A stretch of DNA of 64,000 nucleotides from a virus. Its lineage: Duplodnaviria; Caudoviricetes. Positions 1 through 10,259 of this stretch are shown here, in pieces; positions within the stretch are counted from its first letter, which is position 1; every line of letters begins with the position of its first letter. A program made the translations under genes and the position numbers. The stretch is taken from IMG/VR virus record IMGVR_UViG_3300021185_003947. The stretch is one strand, 5' to 3'. The notes under the pieces are model-generated. The model had not been told where the DNA came from. It did not search any database and saw only the letters and a list, made by a program, of their open reading frames with translations.

Positions 1-2321
1 GCTTGAAAGTTATTCCATACAGCACCAGAAACAAATGTGTAAAAGCCATTTTTTGTTTTAATTTTCTTTAACCCTTCAGCAGTAATTGCCGGCGTTGTTG
101 GTTCTTCAAGTTCAACTGATCCTGTTTCACTTAAAGAGATTTCAATTAAGTCTTTAGTTGATTGAACTTCGTTATTAAAGTGAGTTTCTATTTCTTGCTT
201 AAAAGTAACATTATAATTTTGAGGTATTTCTGGCATTACTACAATAATACTAGCGTACAATATTTTTTCACCAGAAGATAATTCATCAATTTCATAAGTA
301 TCATAAGACATTATTAATTTATCATATTCAGCATTATCTTTTAAGTATGCTGCTAAATCAAATGTAACGCCTGGAGATAGATCTCCACTTCTTGAGTTAC
401 GTACTTCAAAACCAACTACTCTTCCTGTTGCAGATAGTTTTGTTATAGAATCACTTGGTGCAGAAACATCTGTTGTTCCTAATTTTTGTACCCCTTCAAC
501 TATTTTTATGTTAAAGCCTTCCATAAACTTTGGTACTTTTACTAATTTTAATAATTTAACAGTTGCAACTAAATTTCTTGCCATTCTGTGTCTTTCAACT
601 TGACTCATATCATTCATTGTTTCAGAGTTCGGAAAGAATTTAGCTACTGGTATTCCAGGTGAAAGAAGAGTACCCATTTTAATGTCTTTTATATTATTTG
701 GATTATATTGTGCTTCAGGAACAATAAATTTAATTTGCTTTTTAGATGTGTCTGTTGGTTTATATCTAATAGTTTTAGCTCCTGGATCAGCAGCTCCAAT
801 AGTATTAGAACCCATTCGTGATTGAGTTTTCTTTCCTAATATTCTATTGACATGTGGCGGGACTTTTTCTGTATAAGAAGAAGATAATGTATCATTTGCA
901 ATACACTCATTTACAAATGCTAAGTTAGATTTATTTGCTGGGTTCCGTAATTTAATTCTTATTTCAGCTGTGGTAAGTGGTTTATCAGTAACTCCAGCAG
1001 TTGTAACTGTTTTATCCATATAATTGTATATGCCATCATCGTCATCTACAAAAACTGATTGTACCATATAAGCAGATTTATCTAAAAATAATGATGTAGT
1101 AGTTTCAGTTGGCAATGGTTTTAAATTATCTAATCCACTTGGACCATAATCACTTGCGGCATCAGTTGGCCATTTCTTTGGACCCTTTGTAGTATTTGCT
1201 GCAGTCGCATCTACAGCATCAGCCGTAGTATTAACATTTGTAAATCCAGCTGCAACGCCATTTGTTGGCCCTACATTTGCAGTATCAGCAGAAATTGCTT
1301 GATCGGCCATTCCAGTTAAGTCGCCATGAAATGTTGTTGCGTGCATAGATGTTGAATTTACTCGAGTTGAATTAATGGTTTGAGTATCTAATGTATCAGT
1401 TGCGTACATACTTTTTGTAGTAACAGTATCAAGTGCGTTTATTGAGTGGCCAGTGTACATATTATAGTTATACATTACGATATTCTCACCACCAATAGTT
1501 CCGGTATTACCTGTAGCAGTTAAATCCTGAGCAACAATATTAATATTAGGTGATGTTAAACTAATTTCGGTTTGTGATGTAAGAGTTGTAGATCCTTTGT
1601 GGTTATAATCTGATTCACCTCTTACAATAAATTCATAATCTTCTTTTACTGAAGTGCTTAGTTTTCCAAGAAATGTATTTGTAACATCTTTTAATACTGT
1701 AGTGCTTTTTACTTTTTGAATAGTTTCAGCCATCATACCAATAATTCGTTTAGTATAAGACCCGAAGACATTTACAATCCAATGACCTCCAACTTTTAAA
1801 TTATAATTACCACCAACATCAAGATTAAAATCTCCACCAATATTCATAGTCAAATCACCTGAATAAGTAAGATTGCCATTTCCTTCTGTAAATAGATGAT
1901 GATTTCCAGTTACTAGATCTACTCTATTGCCTCTTGCATTAACAATAATAGATCCATCTGGTTTCATTTCAACCCCAGCACCTGACATATGCTTAAGTAG
2001 AATCCTTTCACTGCCGATAGTATCGTCATATAATGCTACATGGCCTTTTGGTGTTGTTTTAATCGAAACCTGCGCAGCGTCAGATGGCGTTGAATGTGTC
2101 AATGATATATCTTCACGACCAATTACAGTACTTACATCAGTTTCTAAATTATGAATCGAAACACCGCGTGTACTTTTTTCAGTACCCTGTTCAAAGAAAT
2201 AATCAGCTGTTGGATTTTCACCTGATGCATCTTCAAAACCAGTTCCTCGAACAGTTCCTAGTAGAAGAGCTCTTCTATTTTGTGCAGCTACATTTTCAAG
2301 TTCTTTATTATTTAAACTCAT
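1..2321 (-). CDS. gp5-like baseplate hub/needle C-terminal part (truncated at window start; not in ORF track)
   Basis: Manual translation from ATG at 2321 (overlaps upstream stop): MSLNNKELE...TPKGHVALYDDTIGSERILLKHMSGAGVEMKPDGS...GDLTMNIGGDFNLDVGGNYNLKVGG, resembling the gp5 C-terminal beta-helix repeats. Confidence 0.7.
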   Translation of the reverse strand, partial: MSLNNKELENVAAQNRRALLLGTVRGTGFEDASGENPTADYFFEQGTEKSTRGVSIHNLETDVSTVIGREDISLTHSTPSDAAQVSIKTTPKGHVALYDDTIGSERILLKHMSGAGVEMKPDGSIIVNARGNRVDLVTGNHHLFTEGNGNLTYSGDLTMNIGGDFNLDVGGNYNLKVGGHWIVNVFGSYTKRIIGMMAETIQKVKSTTVLKDVTNTFLGKLSTSVKEDYEFIVRGESDYNHKGSTTLTSQTEISLTSPNINIVAQDLTATGNTGTIGGENIVMYNYNMYTGHSINALDTVTTKSMYATDTLDTQTINSTRVNSTSMHATTFHGDLTGMADQAISADTANVGPTNGVAAGFTNVNTTADAVDATAANTTKGPKKWPTDAASDYGPSGLDNLKPLPTETTTSLFLDKSAYMVQSVFVDDDDGIYNYMDKTVTTAGVTDKPLTTAEIRIKLRNPANKSNLAFVNECIANDTLSSSYTEKVPPHVNRILGKKTQSRMGSNTIGAADPGAKTIRYKPTDTSKKQIKFIVPEAQYNPNNIKDIKMGTLLSPGIPVAKFFPNSETMNDMSQVERHRMARNLVATVKLLKLVKVPKFMEGFNIKIVEGVQKLGTTDVSAPSDSITKLSATGRVVGFEVRNSRSGDLSPGVTFDLAAYLKDNAEYDKLIMSYDTYEIDELSSGEKILYASIIVVMPEIPQNYNVTFKQEIETHFNNEVQSTKDLIEISLSETGSVELEEPTTPAITAEGLKKIKTKNGFYTFVSGAVWNNFQ

Positions 2322-4555
2322 TTTTTGCCTACACTTTCTTTATACGATTTAAGGCTATTAATAGGAATCCCTAACATATTTTTTATACCAAGTGCTCCTC
2401 GAGTAGCTTCAATTATAGATTTTCCTTCAGCTATAAATTCAGCTTGTTTTTCTCTATCTAACACAACATTTACAACTTCATCTGTAATTAATTCTTTTGG
2501 TTTTACTATATCACCTTCTTTTAACATATCATTATTAAGAAGTTGTACAATTTCATCATATCCATGAGCTAAAATAGGTATAGCTCCAGGTAATGGTGCT
2601 GCAGTTTTTACTTGCTCTTTATCTGGTACAGGAGGAATTATAGCTGGAGCTGGAGAGGGCGTAACAAATGGAGCATTATTTTCTGTAATAGCATCAGATA
2701 ACATAACTTGCTCTGCAACTAATGCATCTTGGTCTACATTTTCTAATTCCGGATCTGTTTGATTAGTAGTTTTAAATCTATTTTTTAAATATCCTCCAAC
2801 ATCAAATCCAGGATCTTGAGCCCAATGTTCAATATCATTATGTCCAAAAACACTACATCCCGGCCATATTGCATAATACGATTTTACTATTATATCAAGA
2901 GTTTTCATTTGAGCTGTCGTTAAAGATTCTTTACCATATTTCCAATATTCTTTCTTTTCAGTTGAATAAGAATTCAATCCACCTATAAAGACTACACCAA
3001 TACTATATTTGTCATGATTATCAGTATGACGACCTTCAATATAAACTGGTCTGCCTCTTTCTATTTGTCCATTTTTCTTTACAACGTAATGATAACCAAT
3101 GCCATCTTGATTCAGCGTTATAGCTCTTTCATGTACTTCTTCAGCACCTGCATGAGATTGATCTAAAAAATGTTCACTCCAATGCAATACGAGTTCTGTA
3201 ATTTCTCTTTTAACACTATTAAATTCTGCAACTAATTCTTCAGGTGAATTAACTCGAGTAAATGCGTACTCACCTGGATTTTTAACTTTTCTTTTACTTT
3301 CAGAAATTACCGTTTGTGCACCTGACCAATTAGATGCAGCTTGACCTATTTCAATTCTTTCAGATGCAAGAGGAGGACTATCTGCATCATCTGGCACAAT
3401 ATTGGTAGAAAGATCTGTTGTAAGACTATTAACCTTTTTTTCAATATCAGTAGTAAGTTTACCTATTTGATTTTCAATAATAGCTCGAGCCTGTCCGGCT
3501 GGTATACCTGGTATTGTTATTTTACCCGTGTCTGGATCTAAGTATGGAACAATCTCTGCACCAAATGTTGTTATTTTACCCGTGTCTGGATCTAAGTATG
3601 GAACAATTTTTCCTAATTTAGCGCTTTGTAATATTGCGGCCGAATTAATGTCATTAATTACTGATGTAAATTTTTCATTTTTTAAATTTTTTACGGCTTG
3701 TAAAGTTTGATCAACATCTAAAACCGCGCCGGCAAGATCTTTTATTCCTCTTGTTAAATGATCATCTGCCGATAATTTAGCATTTTGAATTAATCCTAAT
3801 GCGTTGTTAATTTCAGCATCAACATTTGTTACGGTATTTAAAATATTATCTACATCTTTAATTGATATATCTAAATCTACATTCAATGCGTTTTGTAAAC
3901 CACCTAAGCCATTAGTTAATTTTTTTAGCTGATTAGGAAGAGCAGTTATATTGTTTAATGCACCAGTTAGATTTGTTTCAAGAGCATTAGCAGCAGACTC
4001 TAATGCAGCAACTTTTGCTAAACCATCTTTTGCAAAATCTGATAATTCTGCTGGAACAATTCCTTTCATAATTTTATTAAAATCAGGAAGTTCGCCTGTA
4101 ACTTTATTAATAGCCGATTGAATTGATTGTGGTGTTCCAACTAGTTTATTAGCTTTTTTTATTCCAGATCTAAGTGTTGCAACTGCAGTTTTTGGTGTAA
4201 ACACTTCTCCAGTATCAGGATTTGTCCATGGTCGAGCACTCATTTGTTGAACAATTTCTTCTTCTGCAGTAGTTAAAGCCTTATTCATTTTATCTTCAAG
4301 CCCTGGCATTTCATTAGTTAAAGTTGCAATAGGTGCTACCGCTACTAAATTTGCTATGCTTTCTTTTGCTACTGGCAAAGATTCAGTAAGTGATTTAATA
4401 CCATTGATAGAATTACCAACTTTATTTAAAGCTAATTTAGTTTCATTTAAAGCTTTTACTTGATTACTAACTTTATCTATTTTAGAAGTCAAGTTTTGGA
4501 AGTCTAATGTACCTCGTACATTATTTAATTTATCGTTTAATCCTCTAATATCCAT
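2318..4555 (-). CDS. Virion-associated N-acetylmuramoyl-L-alanine amidase (T7-lysozyme/Amidase_2-like) with long helical N-terminus
   Basis: ELVLHWS...GIGYHYVVKKNGQIERGRP...SIGVVFIGG...VFGHND...DPGFDV amidase motifs; lies between the gp5 pieces. Confidence 0.8.
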   Translation of the reverse strand: MDIRGLNDKLNNVRGTLDFQNLTSKIDKVSNQVKALNETKLALNKVGNSINGIKSLTESLPVAKESIANLVAVAPIATLTNEMPGLEDKMNKALTTAEEEIVQQMSARPWTNPDTGEVFTPKTAVATLRSGIKKANKLVGTPQSIQSAINKVTGELPDFNKIMKGIVPAELSDFAKDGLAKVAALESAANALETNLTGALNNITALPNQLKKLTNGLGGLQNALNVDLDISIKDVDNILNTVTNVDAEINNALGLIQNAKLSADDHLTRGIKDLAGAVLDVDQTLQAVKNLKNEKFTSVINDINSAAILQSAKLGKIVPYLDPDTGKITTFGAEIVPYLDPDTGKITIPGIPAGQARAIIENQIGKLTTDIEKKVNSLTTDLSTNIVPDDADSPPLASERIEIGQAASNWSGAQTVISESKRKVKNPGEYAFTRVNSPEELVAEFNSVKREITELVLHWSEHFLDQSHAGAEEVHERAITLNQDGIGYHYVVKKNGQIERGRPVYIEGRHTDNHDKYSIGVVFIGGLNSYSTEKKEYWKYGKESLTTAQMKTLDIIVKSYYAIWPGCSVFGHNDIEHWAQDPGFDVGGYLKNRFKTTNQTDPELENVDQDALVAEQVMLSDAITENNAPFVTPSPAPAIIPPVPDKEQVKTAAPLPGAIPILAHGYDEIVQLLNNDMLKEGDIVKPKELITDEVVNVVLDREKQAEFIAEGKSIIEATRGALGIKNMLGIPINSLKSYKESVGKK
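3514..3607. repeat. 40-bp exact direct repeat, 54-bp period (IVPYLDPDTGKIT x2)
   Basis: ttgttattttacccgtgtctggatctaagtatggaacaat at 3514-3553 and 3568-3607. Confidence 0.9.
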
Positions 4556-4565
4556 AACTTATCTC

Positions 4566-5672
4566 CTATGTACCACTAACAAATTTACGATGATACACTA
4601 AAGCATGTGTAATTCGAGTTCTTAAAGTTGGTGACCAATATCTTCTACCAGCAGAATTTTGACTAGTTCCTTGTGATGTGTAAGGACACGCCCCAAACTC
4701 ACCACCATACCTTACAAATTTGTTAGATGGTCTTTCATAATATCTACATACACTATAAGTAGCGTTTGGAACATCAGCTCCACATGCATTAACATATCCC
4801 CATGCTTTCTTTTCATTATCAGGCCCAGAATCTGTGCATTCGTGCCAAATAAATCTGCATTGAGCATCTAAACTTTGCCATGGTAATCCAACATTTTCTG
4901 AAAATTTTATTAAATTTTCCCAACGCTGACCTCTCCATTGACATAAACCAAAAGCTGGCAAACCAACATCATCTGGATTAACTATTTCACTCCATGGCCC
5001 GCTTTTAAAAGATACATTTTGGCCTTCATATATGCTTTGATATTGCTGCCTTTTACTTACTCTAGTTACTGTATAGATTCCATTAAAATCTTTACCTCGT
5101 CCAGGCCCAGATTCAGCTCTTATATTTCCCATAAATCCACAAACTTGCGCCGGTTCCATAAAGTTACTAAGTGAAGTAAATATTTTTTCTTCTACACCAT
5201 TACCTGGCATTGCCTTTGCAATTGCTTCAATTTCTTCAGCGTTTGGCTGAACTGTTTGAGCTTCTCCTGCTGAATATACACTATTTGTTCTTGAAGATGT
5301 AACACCACCCGCATCTACTAATGGTGATAAAAGAGTGGGATCAGAGGCTTGTATATAAGAAGGTTCTTGTATAGTAACATAGCTTCCAAAAATTAGTGGT
5401 ATTTGAGATAATTCTCCATCTAAAAACATGCCATGAACCATTGCACCTTTTGCCAATACTGAATTCTCTCCTTGGCCCGAAATTCCTGGAGAAGTTGTAG
5501 GAATTAAACATTGCGCCCAAGGAAGATCATTATCTTCTATTTCAAGATTATCATGAATGCCAAATATTCTAACTTGCACTCTTCCCATGCCTTTTGGATC
5601 GTCATTTCTTCTGACTTTTCCTATAAAAAATCTTGGATTATCACCCCAATATTCATTAGATATACTTTTCAT
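4566..5672 (-). CDS. gp5 N-terminal OB-fold fused to phage-tail-lysozyme-like domain
   Basis: FFIGKVRRNDDPKGMGRVQVRIFGIHD...DLPWAQ (gp5 OB fold); GFMGNIRAESG...GLCQWRGQRWENL...YERP (tail lysozyme-like). Confidence 0.8.
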   Translation of the reverse strand: MKSISNEYWGDNPRFFIGKVRRNDDPKGMGRVQVRIFGIHDNLEIEDNDLPWAQCLIPTTSPGISGQGENSVLAKGAMVHGMFLDGELSQIPLIFGSYVTIQEPSYIQASDPTLLSPLVDAGGVTSSRTNSVYSAGEAQTVQPNAEEIEAIAKAMPGNGVEEKIFTSLSNFMEPAQVCGFMGNIRAESGPGRGKDFNGIYTVTRVSKRQQYQSIYEGQNVSFKSGPWSEIVNPDDVGLPAFGLCQWRGQRWENLIKFSENVGLPWQSLDAQCRFIWHECTDSGPDNEKKAWGYVNACGADVPNATYSVCRYYERPSNKFVRYGGEFGACPYTSQGTSQNSAGRRYWSPTLRTRITHALVYHRKFVSGT

Positions 5673-5682
5673 TTATAAGCCT

Positions 5683-7161
5683 TTATCTTTTCTGATGTGA
5701 TAATTTACATAATCCTAAAGTGGTAGAAAAAGCACCGCTACCTGCAGGACTAAATGTGTGTTTAGCTGTATATATTAAATAATTGCCCGACTTTTTTATA
5801 TCTAATTCTTGACTATTTTCAATGTTATCATGCATTGCATTCTTTTTAATTTCTACGCTTATTCTATTACTTATAGTCATATTTGCATCTTTTGCTAAAA
5901 AGTTTTTACCCGGTACTTCGATAGTTAAACTTGATTTATGCAAATACCCTCTTAATCCACGGGCTGTTACTTTTAAGTTATGCAAATCACCTGTATGATA
6001 TTCGTTATACCCTCTAATAAGATCAGGCGAACCATTTGGAACTCCACTTTGTGAGCAAGTTGTAGTAATGTTAGTTATTGTTGATGCGTTATATTGACTT
6101 ATATTTTTACCACCAAACATTGCTTTATCATCATAAACTGGCACATCATCTTCAGGCATAATTCCTAACATTTTTGCTCGGGCAAATGTTTCTCCAGGAT
6201 TATGTTTTCGTACATGTATTGTTCCACGATACGTATCGATAAAATTATATGTTGAAGGGCCTAAACCAATATTATTATATGTATTCTGGCTTTCAGAGTT
6301 TTTCATTGAATAACTTTTTATAATAAAAAGTTTTTCTATTGGTTTTAATGTATGAGCTTTAGCTGCAATCGATTCAGAATAAGTGTATGGTAATAATCCA
6401 CTTCCAGGATTATTTACTGTTGGTAATTTAAGCATTGTTTCTAAATCTAAAAATCTAATTCTATCATCACCCATACTGGCAAAGATATAAAATGGATAGC
6501 CATTGCCAGTTATACACCTATCGCATAACCACGTCAAAGCATCTAAAGGGCCAATATTTGGTATCAATATTTTTAAAGTTCCATCTATTAGTGGTTCAAT
6601 ATCTTTATTAGATAATAATTCGTTATTTAAATAATAATCTGAACCACTAAATGTATATCCATTTAATTCATTTAATAAGCTTTGCATTATTTCAACTGGG
6701 TTACTTACAAACCCGCCATCGTTTAATCCGCCGCGGCTTTCAACCGCTTTAAATACTTTATTGATTGCCATTAAATTAGATTGGAAAGCTCTTTCTTCTA
6801 TTAAATGCAATAATACAATTTCATTGTTATCATTACTTTTTCCAGAATTAGTTACTTTATTTACAATAAAATGTTTAGTGATAGTGTTTATTTTACTGTC
6901 TTCAAGTTCTTCACCTGAAATAAGTGTTATTGAAACTCTTTCTGTTCCAAAGAAAGGAAATTTATCTCCTAAATTTTCATTGTCTAAAAATGCTAAATTA
7001 GCAGTCAAAAAAGGTTTTTCTATTGATTCAAAAAAGCTTATTTCATTTATTACATTCTTAATATCATAACCTTCAGGCGCAAAGGTCCAACGGTGAGCTG
7101 TTATAATCACTGATTGAATTACAAATTCATAAGGATTTGAATACTTACTAACTTCAGCCAT
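5683..7161 (-). CDS. Baseplate hub protein (gp27-like)
   Basis: Position between gp53 and gp5; FFESIEKPFLTANLAFLD start and SGNYLIYTAKHTF end typical of hub proteins. Confidence 0.55.
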   Translation of the reverse strand: MAEVSKYSNPYEFVIQSVIITAHRWTFAPEGYDIKNVINEISFFESIEKPFLTANLAFLDNENLGDKFPFFGTERVSITLISGEELEDSKINTITKHFIVNKVTNSGKSNDNNEIVLLHLIEERAFQSNLMAINKVFKAVESRGGLNDGGFVSNPVEIMQSLLNELNGYTFSGSDYYLNNELLSNKDIEPLIDGTLKILIPNIGPLDALTWLCDRCITGNGYPFYIFASMGDDRIRFLDLETMLKLPTVNNPGSGLLPYTYSESIAAKAHTLKPIEKLFIIKSYSMKNSESQNTYNNIGLGPSTYNFIDTYRGTIHVRKHNPGETFARAKMLGIMPEDDVPVYDDKAMFGGKNISQYNASTITNITTTCSQSGVPNGSPDLIRGYNEYHTGDLHNLKVTARGLRGYLHKSSLTIEVPGKNFLAKDANMTISNRISVEIKKNAMHDNIENSQELDIKKSGNYLIYTAKHTFSPAGSGAFSTTLGLCKLSHQKR

Positions 7162-7169
7162 TAAAAAAA

Positions 7170-8003
7170 TTACCTACCTATGTTTTCGATGAAAGCCCGA
7201 TGAACAGTTCTTATTACGCTTGGCTTTAATACTTTAATTTTTCTTAATTTATTATTTTCATTTTGAAGATGCTGAGAGTAAGTAACTTCTGTTATAAATG
7301 CACTTTGATTTTCAGATAGTGGATTAATGTCAACCCAATTACCATCTGCATCTTCATGATGATGTGAAGCATTTATTTCAAGAGATGCTGAATGTAATCG
7401 AGCATTCTCAAATAAAGTAATATCTGGATAAGGTATAATTGCACCTGGATCTAGTAATGCTAAAGGATTAGCAATTATTCTATCAAATTTAACTGTTTCA
7501 CCTGGTATCCAAGAACCAACAGACCCACTAATAATTATTTGACCAAGATCTAATTTTTTTCTAATAACCGTGCCTCTTGCGGCGGATTGTGTACCCTCTA
7601 CTAAAGATCCTACTTTAAATATATTAATTAAGTTTGAGGTACTAGTTGGATTCCCAATATGTGGAACACCATTATCATCTGTACGAAAATTAAGCACTGT
7701 GTTAGGATAAGATTGATCTAATTGAGATTTTATGTTTCTATAAGTTAATGGCCAGCCCTGTCTTCGAAGATGATCGTTCATTAAATAGAATGTCCAATAA
7801 TATTTCTGATCGCCATACATTTTTGCAGATAGTACGTCTGGTCTATCTCCTTCTAAAATTTCATAATTTAAGTAATGTTGAAACGAATCTTTAAACTTAT
7901 CTACTATATCAGCATAAGAAGATATGTTTTGAAAGATAGAAAATGCGTTATCTTCTTCACCAAATTTATATCTTACATTATCAAAACCTGCAAAGTATCC
8001 CAT
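7170..8003 (-). CDS. 53: Baseplate wedge protein gp53
   Basis: YEILEGDRPDVLSAKMYGDQKYYWTFYLMN...GWPL LysM-like motif; RKIKVLKP C-terminus. Confidence 0.85.
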   Translation of the reverse strand: MGYFAGFDNVRYKFGEEDNAFSIFQNISSYADIVDKFKDSFQHYLNYEILEGDRPDVLSAKMYGDQKYYWTFYLMNDHLRRQGWPLTYRNIKSQLDQSYPNTVLNFRTDDNGVPHIGNPTSTSNLINIFKVGSLVEGTQSAARGTVIRKKLDLGQIIISGSVGSWIPGETVKFDRIIANPLALLDPGAIIPYPDITLFENARLHSASLEINASHHHEDADGNWVDINPLSENQSAFITEVTYSQHLQNENNKLRKIKVLKPSVIRTVHRAFIENIGR

Positions 8004-8004
8004 A

Positions 8005-9111
8005 TTAGAATCCGTCCTGTATATCTTTTTTATTCAACAATTCATTTTCTCTTAAGGTCATGGATATAGTGGTTTCTTGAAAATGACCACCTTTGAAAAA
8101 AGCCGCAGAAGGAGCATTAAATGTAGCTTGAAAATTAGTTAAATAACATGGTTTAAATTTTATAAAGTTTTTTCCACTATTATCACCCTTTCCATAATGT
8201 AAACTAATTTTAATTTCATTTGGAAATCTATAACCAAATGGAACACTAATTCCACCAAGTGTGTCTGTATTAAATGCATCTGGATATAATTCAGTTCTAA
8301 AAAATTTAACAATTTTTGATACCATTTCTGCTTCTCTTTCAGATACAGGTTGCATTTTAAAGCTAAAAGAAAATGTTCTTAGTTGAGGTTTATCAAATAG
8401 CATAGTCATATTAGCCACAGGCGAAGTTCTTAATGTTCCTCGTACTGCTCCATCTATTACTCCATTTTTACCAGCCATACCTGCAAGTCGTGTAGCACCA
8501 AGTCTTGCAGCATCTTGACTGACTGAACCTTTTAATGCATCATAAAGATTTCCTAATGATTGAAACCCACCAGATGCTAAAGATTCTATCATTCCTTCAC
8601 CCCTAGCCATTCCTGCAGCTGCTGCGCCGCCAGCTAAACCAATATCAGCAGTTGAATAACTAACACCATCTTGAAAAACAATACTAGAAGGCATATACAT
8701 TTTACAACTTGATCTAGAATTTGTTTTATTTTCATTTGTAAGTATAGATTGAGCCTTAAATTCTGCGCCAGCCCCGGCCTCTCGTTCTACAGCAGACATG
8801 CCATCCTCGCCTATGGCATCGCCATCGACAACGGCATTACCAGTAGCAGCTGTATAAGTCGTATCACTTATAAATTTTATCATTTCTCCAATTGCACCTG
8901 AAGCGCCGCCTCCTAAATTTGGTGGTGTCGTAATTACTGGTTGAAATAAAATATATGCTGGATATTCATCTTCGTTATGAAGAGGAAATTTTAATCTTGG
9001 TGGTGTGTGAGGTGGGGTTTGCATTTCATAATCAAGGCCCGTTCTTGCAACTCTCGCAGCTCTAATTTTGTCGCCTCTTAAGTGAGTAGCCGGATCTGTT
9101 GCAAATACCAT
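8005..9111 (-). CDS. 48: Baseplate tail tube cap gp48
   Basis: MLFDKPQLRTFSFSFKMQPVSEREAEMVSKIVKFFR...FKPCYLTNFQATF...RENELL. Confidence 0.85.
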   Translation of the reverse strand: MVFATDPATHLRGDKIRAARVARTGLDYEMQTPPHTPPRLKFPLHNEDEYPAYILFQPVITTPPNLGGGASGAIGEMIKFISDTTYTAATGNAVVDGDAIGEDGMSAVEREAGAGAEFKAQSILTNENKTNSRSSCKMYMPSSIVFQDGVSYSTADIGLAGGAAAAGMARGEGMIESLASGGFQSLGNLYDALKGSVSQDAARLGATRLAGMAGKNGVIDGAVRGTLRTSPVANMTMLFDKPQLRTFSFSFKMQPVSEREAEMVSKIVKFFRTELYPDAFNTDTLGGISVPFGYRFPNEIKISLHYGKGDNSGKNFIKFKPCYLTNFQATFNAPSAAFFKGGHFQETTISMTLRENELLNKKDIQDGF

Positions 9112-9123
9112 ATTAGAATTTCC

Positions 9124-9159
9124 TATAAATAAGTCTAAATTATCTTAATTATATTTATA
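9124..9159. promoter_or_regulatory. Divergent pair of T4 late promoters (TATAAATA)
   Basis: TATAAATA at 9124-9131 (+, toward gp4) and 9152-9159 (-, toward gp48). Confidence 0.85.
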
Positions 9160-9168
9160 TAGGAAACT

Positions 9169-9663
9169 ATGAAAACATACTCAGGCAAATTTAAACCAAA
9201 GAATCCAAAAAAATATAAAGGAGATTATACCAATATAGTGTATAGATCAATGTGGGAGCGTCATTGTTTTAAATGGTGTGATGAGCAAAGTGATGTTATA
9301 TCATGGTCAAGCGAAGAAGTTGTAGTACCATATTTGTATGAAGTTGATAAAAAATATCATAGATATTTTGTTGATCTTAAAATTACATTTAAGAATAAAA
9401 AAACTATATTGGTTGAAATCAAACCAGATAAAGAAACACGACCACCGAAAAATCCAGGTAAAAAAACAAAACGTTATATTACCGAAGGATTGACTTATGT
9501 AAAGAATATGAATAAATGGAAAGCCGCAAAAAATTATGCAGATGATCGCAATTGGGAATTTCAAATATGGACTGAAAATACTCTTGATAAAATGGGAATA
9601 AGGCCAAAGGGCAAAAGTTTAAAACCCCTGCCGGCAATGAAGAAACCTAAGAAAAAAGTATAA
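9169..9663 (+). CDS. 4: Head completion protein gp4 (TnsA-like nuclease fold)
   Basis: YSGKFKPKNPKKYKGD...YRSMWE...WSSEE...HRYFVD...EIKP. Confidence 0.9.
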   Translation: MKTYSGKFKPKNPKKYKGDYTNIVYRSMWERHCFKWCDEQSDVISWSSEEVVVPYLYEVDKKYHRYFVDLKITFKNKKTILVEIKPDKETRPPKNPGKKTKRYITEGLTYVKNMNKWKAAKNYADDRNWEFQIWTENTLDKMGIRPKGKSLKPLPAMKKPKKKV

Positions 9664-9666
9664 ATA
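9659..9666 (+). promoter_or_regulatory. T4 late promoter
   Basis: TATAAATA immediately upstream of gp2 start. Confidence 0.75.
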
Positions 9667-9671
9667 GATTC

Positions 9672-10259
9672 ATGACAGAGATATTTAAAACACTAGAACT
9701 CGAAGCTTTTCGTGCTGGAATTACTCCTCGCACTAAGGAGTCGCGTGAATGGTTTCGCCGTAAGATAAACACCATGCGTGGAAGAGAATATCGTAGAATT
9801 AAACGTGGTCAATTGATGCAAGAAGATGAATTGACTCTTAACAATAACACTGATATTGGTAAAATGTGCATGTTCTTTTATGATCCAAAGCATAAAGATA
9901 CCTTACCTTTCTATGATAGTTTTCCTCTTGTTATTATTATTGGCAAAGCAAAGGGTGGGTTTCTTGGTATGAATTTACATTACTTACCTCCACTATTAAG
10001 AGCTAAGTTTCTTGATGCTTTAATGGAAAATGCAAAAGAAGATGATTTCAATGTTACATATCGAACAGTAAAAGCTGCAAGTAATATGCAATATTACAAA
10101 CCAACTATTAAACACTATCTTAAAAAACATTTAAGAAGTAGATTAGCAACTGTACATGCTCCGGAGTGGGAAATTGCAACTTTTCTACCGACAGCTTCTT
10201 GGCAAAAAGCATCTGGTCGTGAAGTATATAGAAATTCAAGGAGTATACTAAATGGGTAA
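9672..10259 (+). CDS. 2: DNA end protector protein gp2
   Basis: MFFYDPKHKDTLPFYDSFPLV...GFLGMNLHYLPP...FLPTA. Confidence 0.9.
   Translation: MTEIFKTLELEAFRAGITPRTKESREWFRRKINTMRGREYRRIKRGQLMQEDELTLNNNTDIGKMCMFFYDPKHKDTLPFYDSFPLVIIIGKAKGGFLGMNLHYLPPLLRAKFLDALMENAKEDDFNVTYRTVKAASNMQYYKPTIKHYLKKHLRSRLATVHAPEWEIATFLPTASWQKASGREVYRNSRSILNG

Noticed and set aside
1927-2567. Short + strand ORFs here and many similar antisense ORFs in the track (e.g. 6761, 16184, 26923, 35517, 58360)
   Set aside because: They overlap confident genes on the opposite strand and have no RBS or recognisable motifs
9169-9663. gp4 or the GIY-YIG ORF at 61126-61542 as mobile homing endonucleases
   Set aside because: gp4 is in its conserved position; the GIY-YIG-like ORF is short, lacks DNA-binding extensions and is not inside an intron
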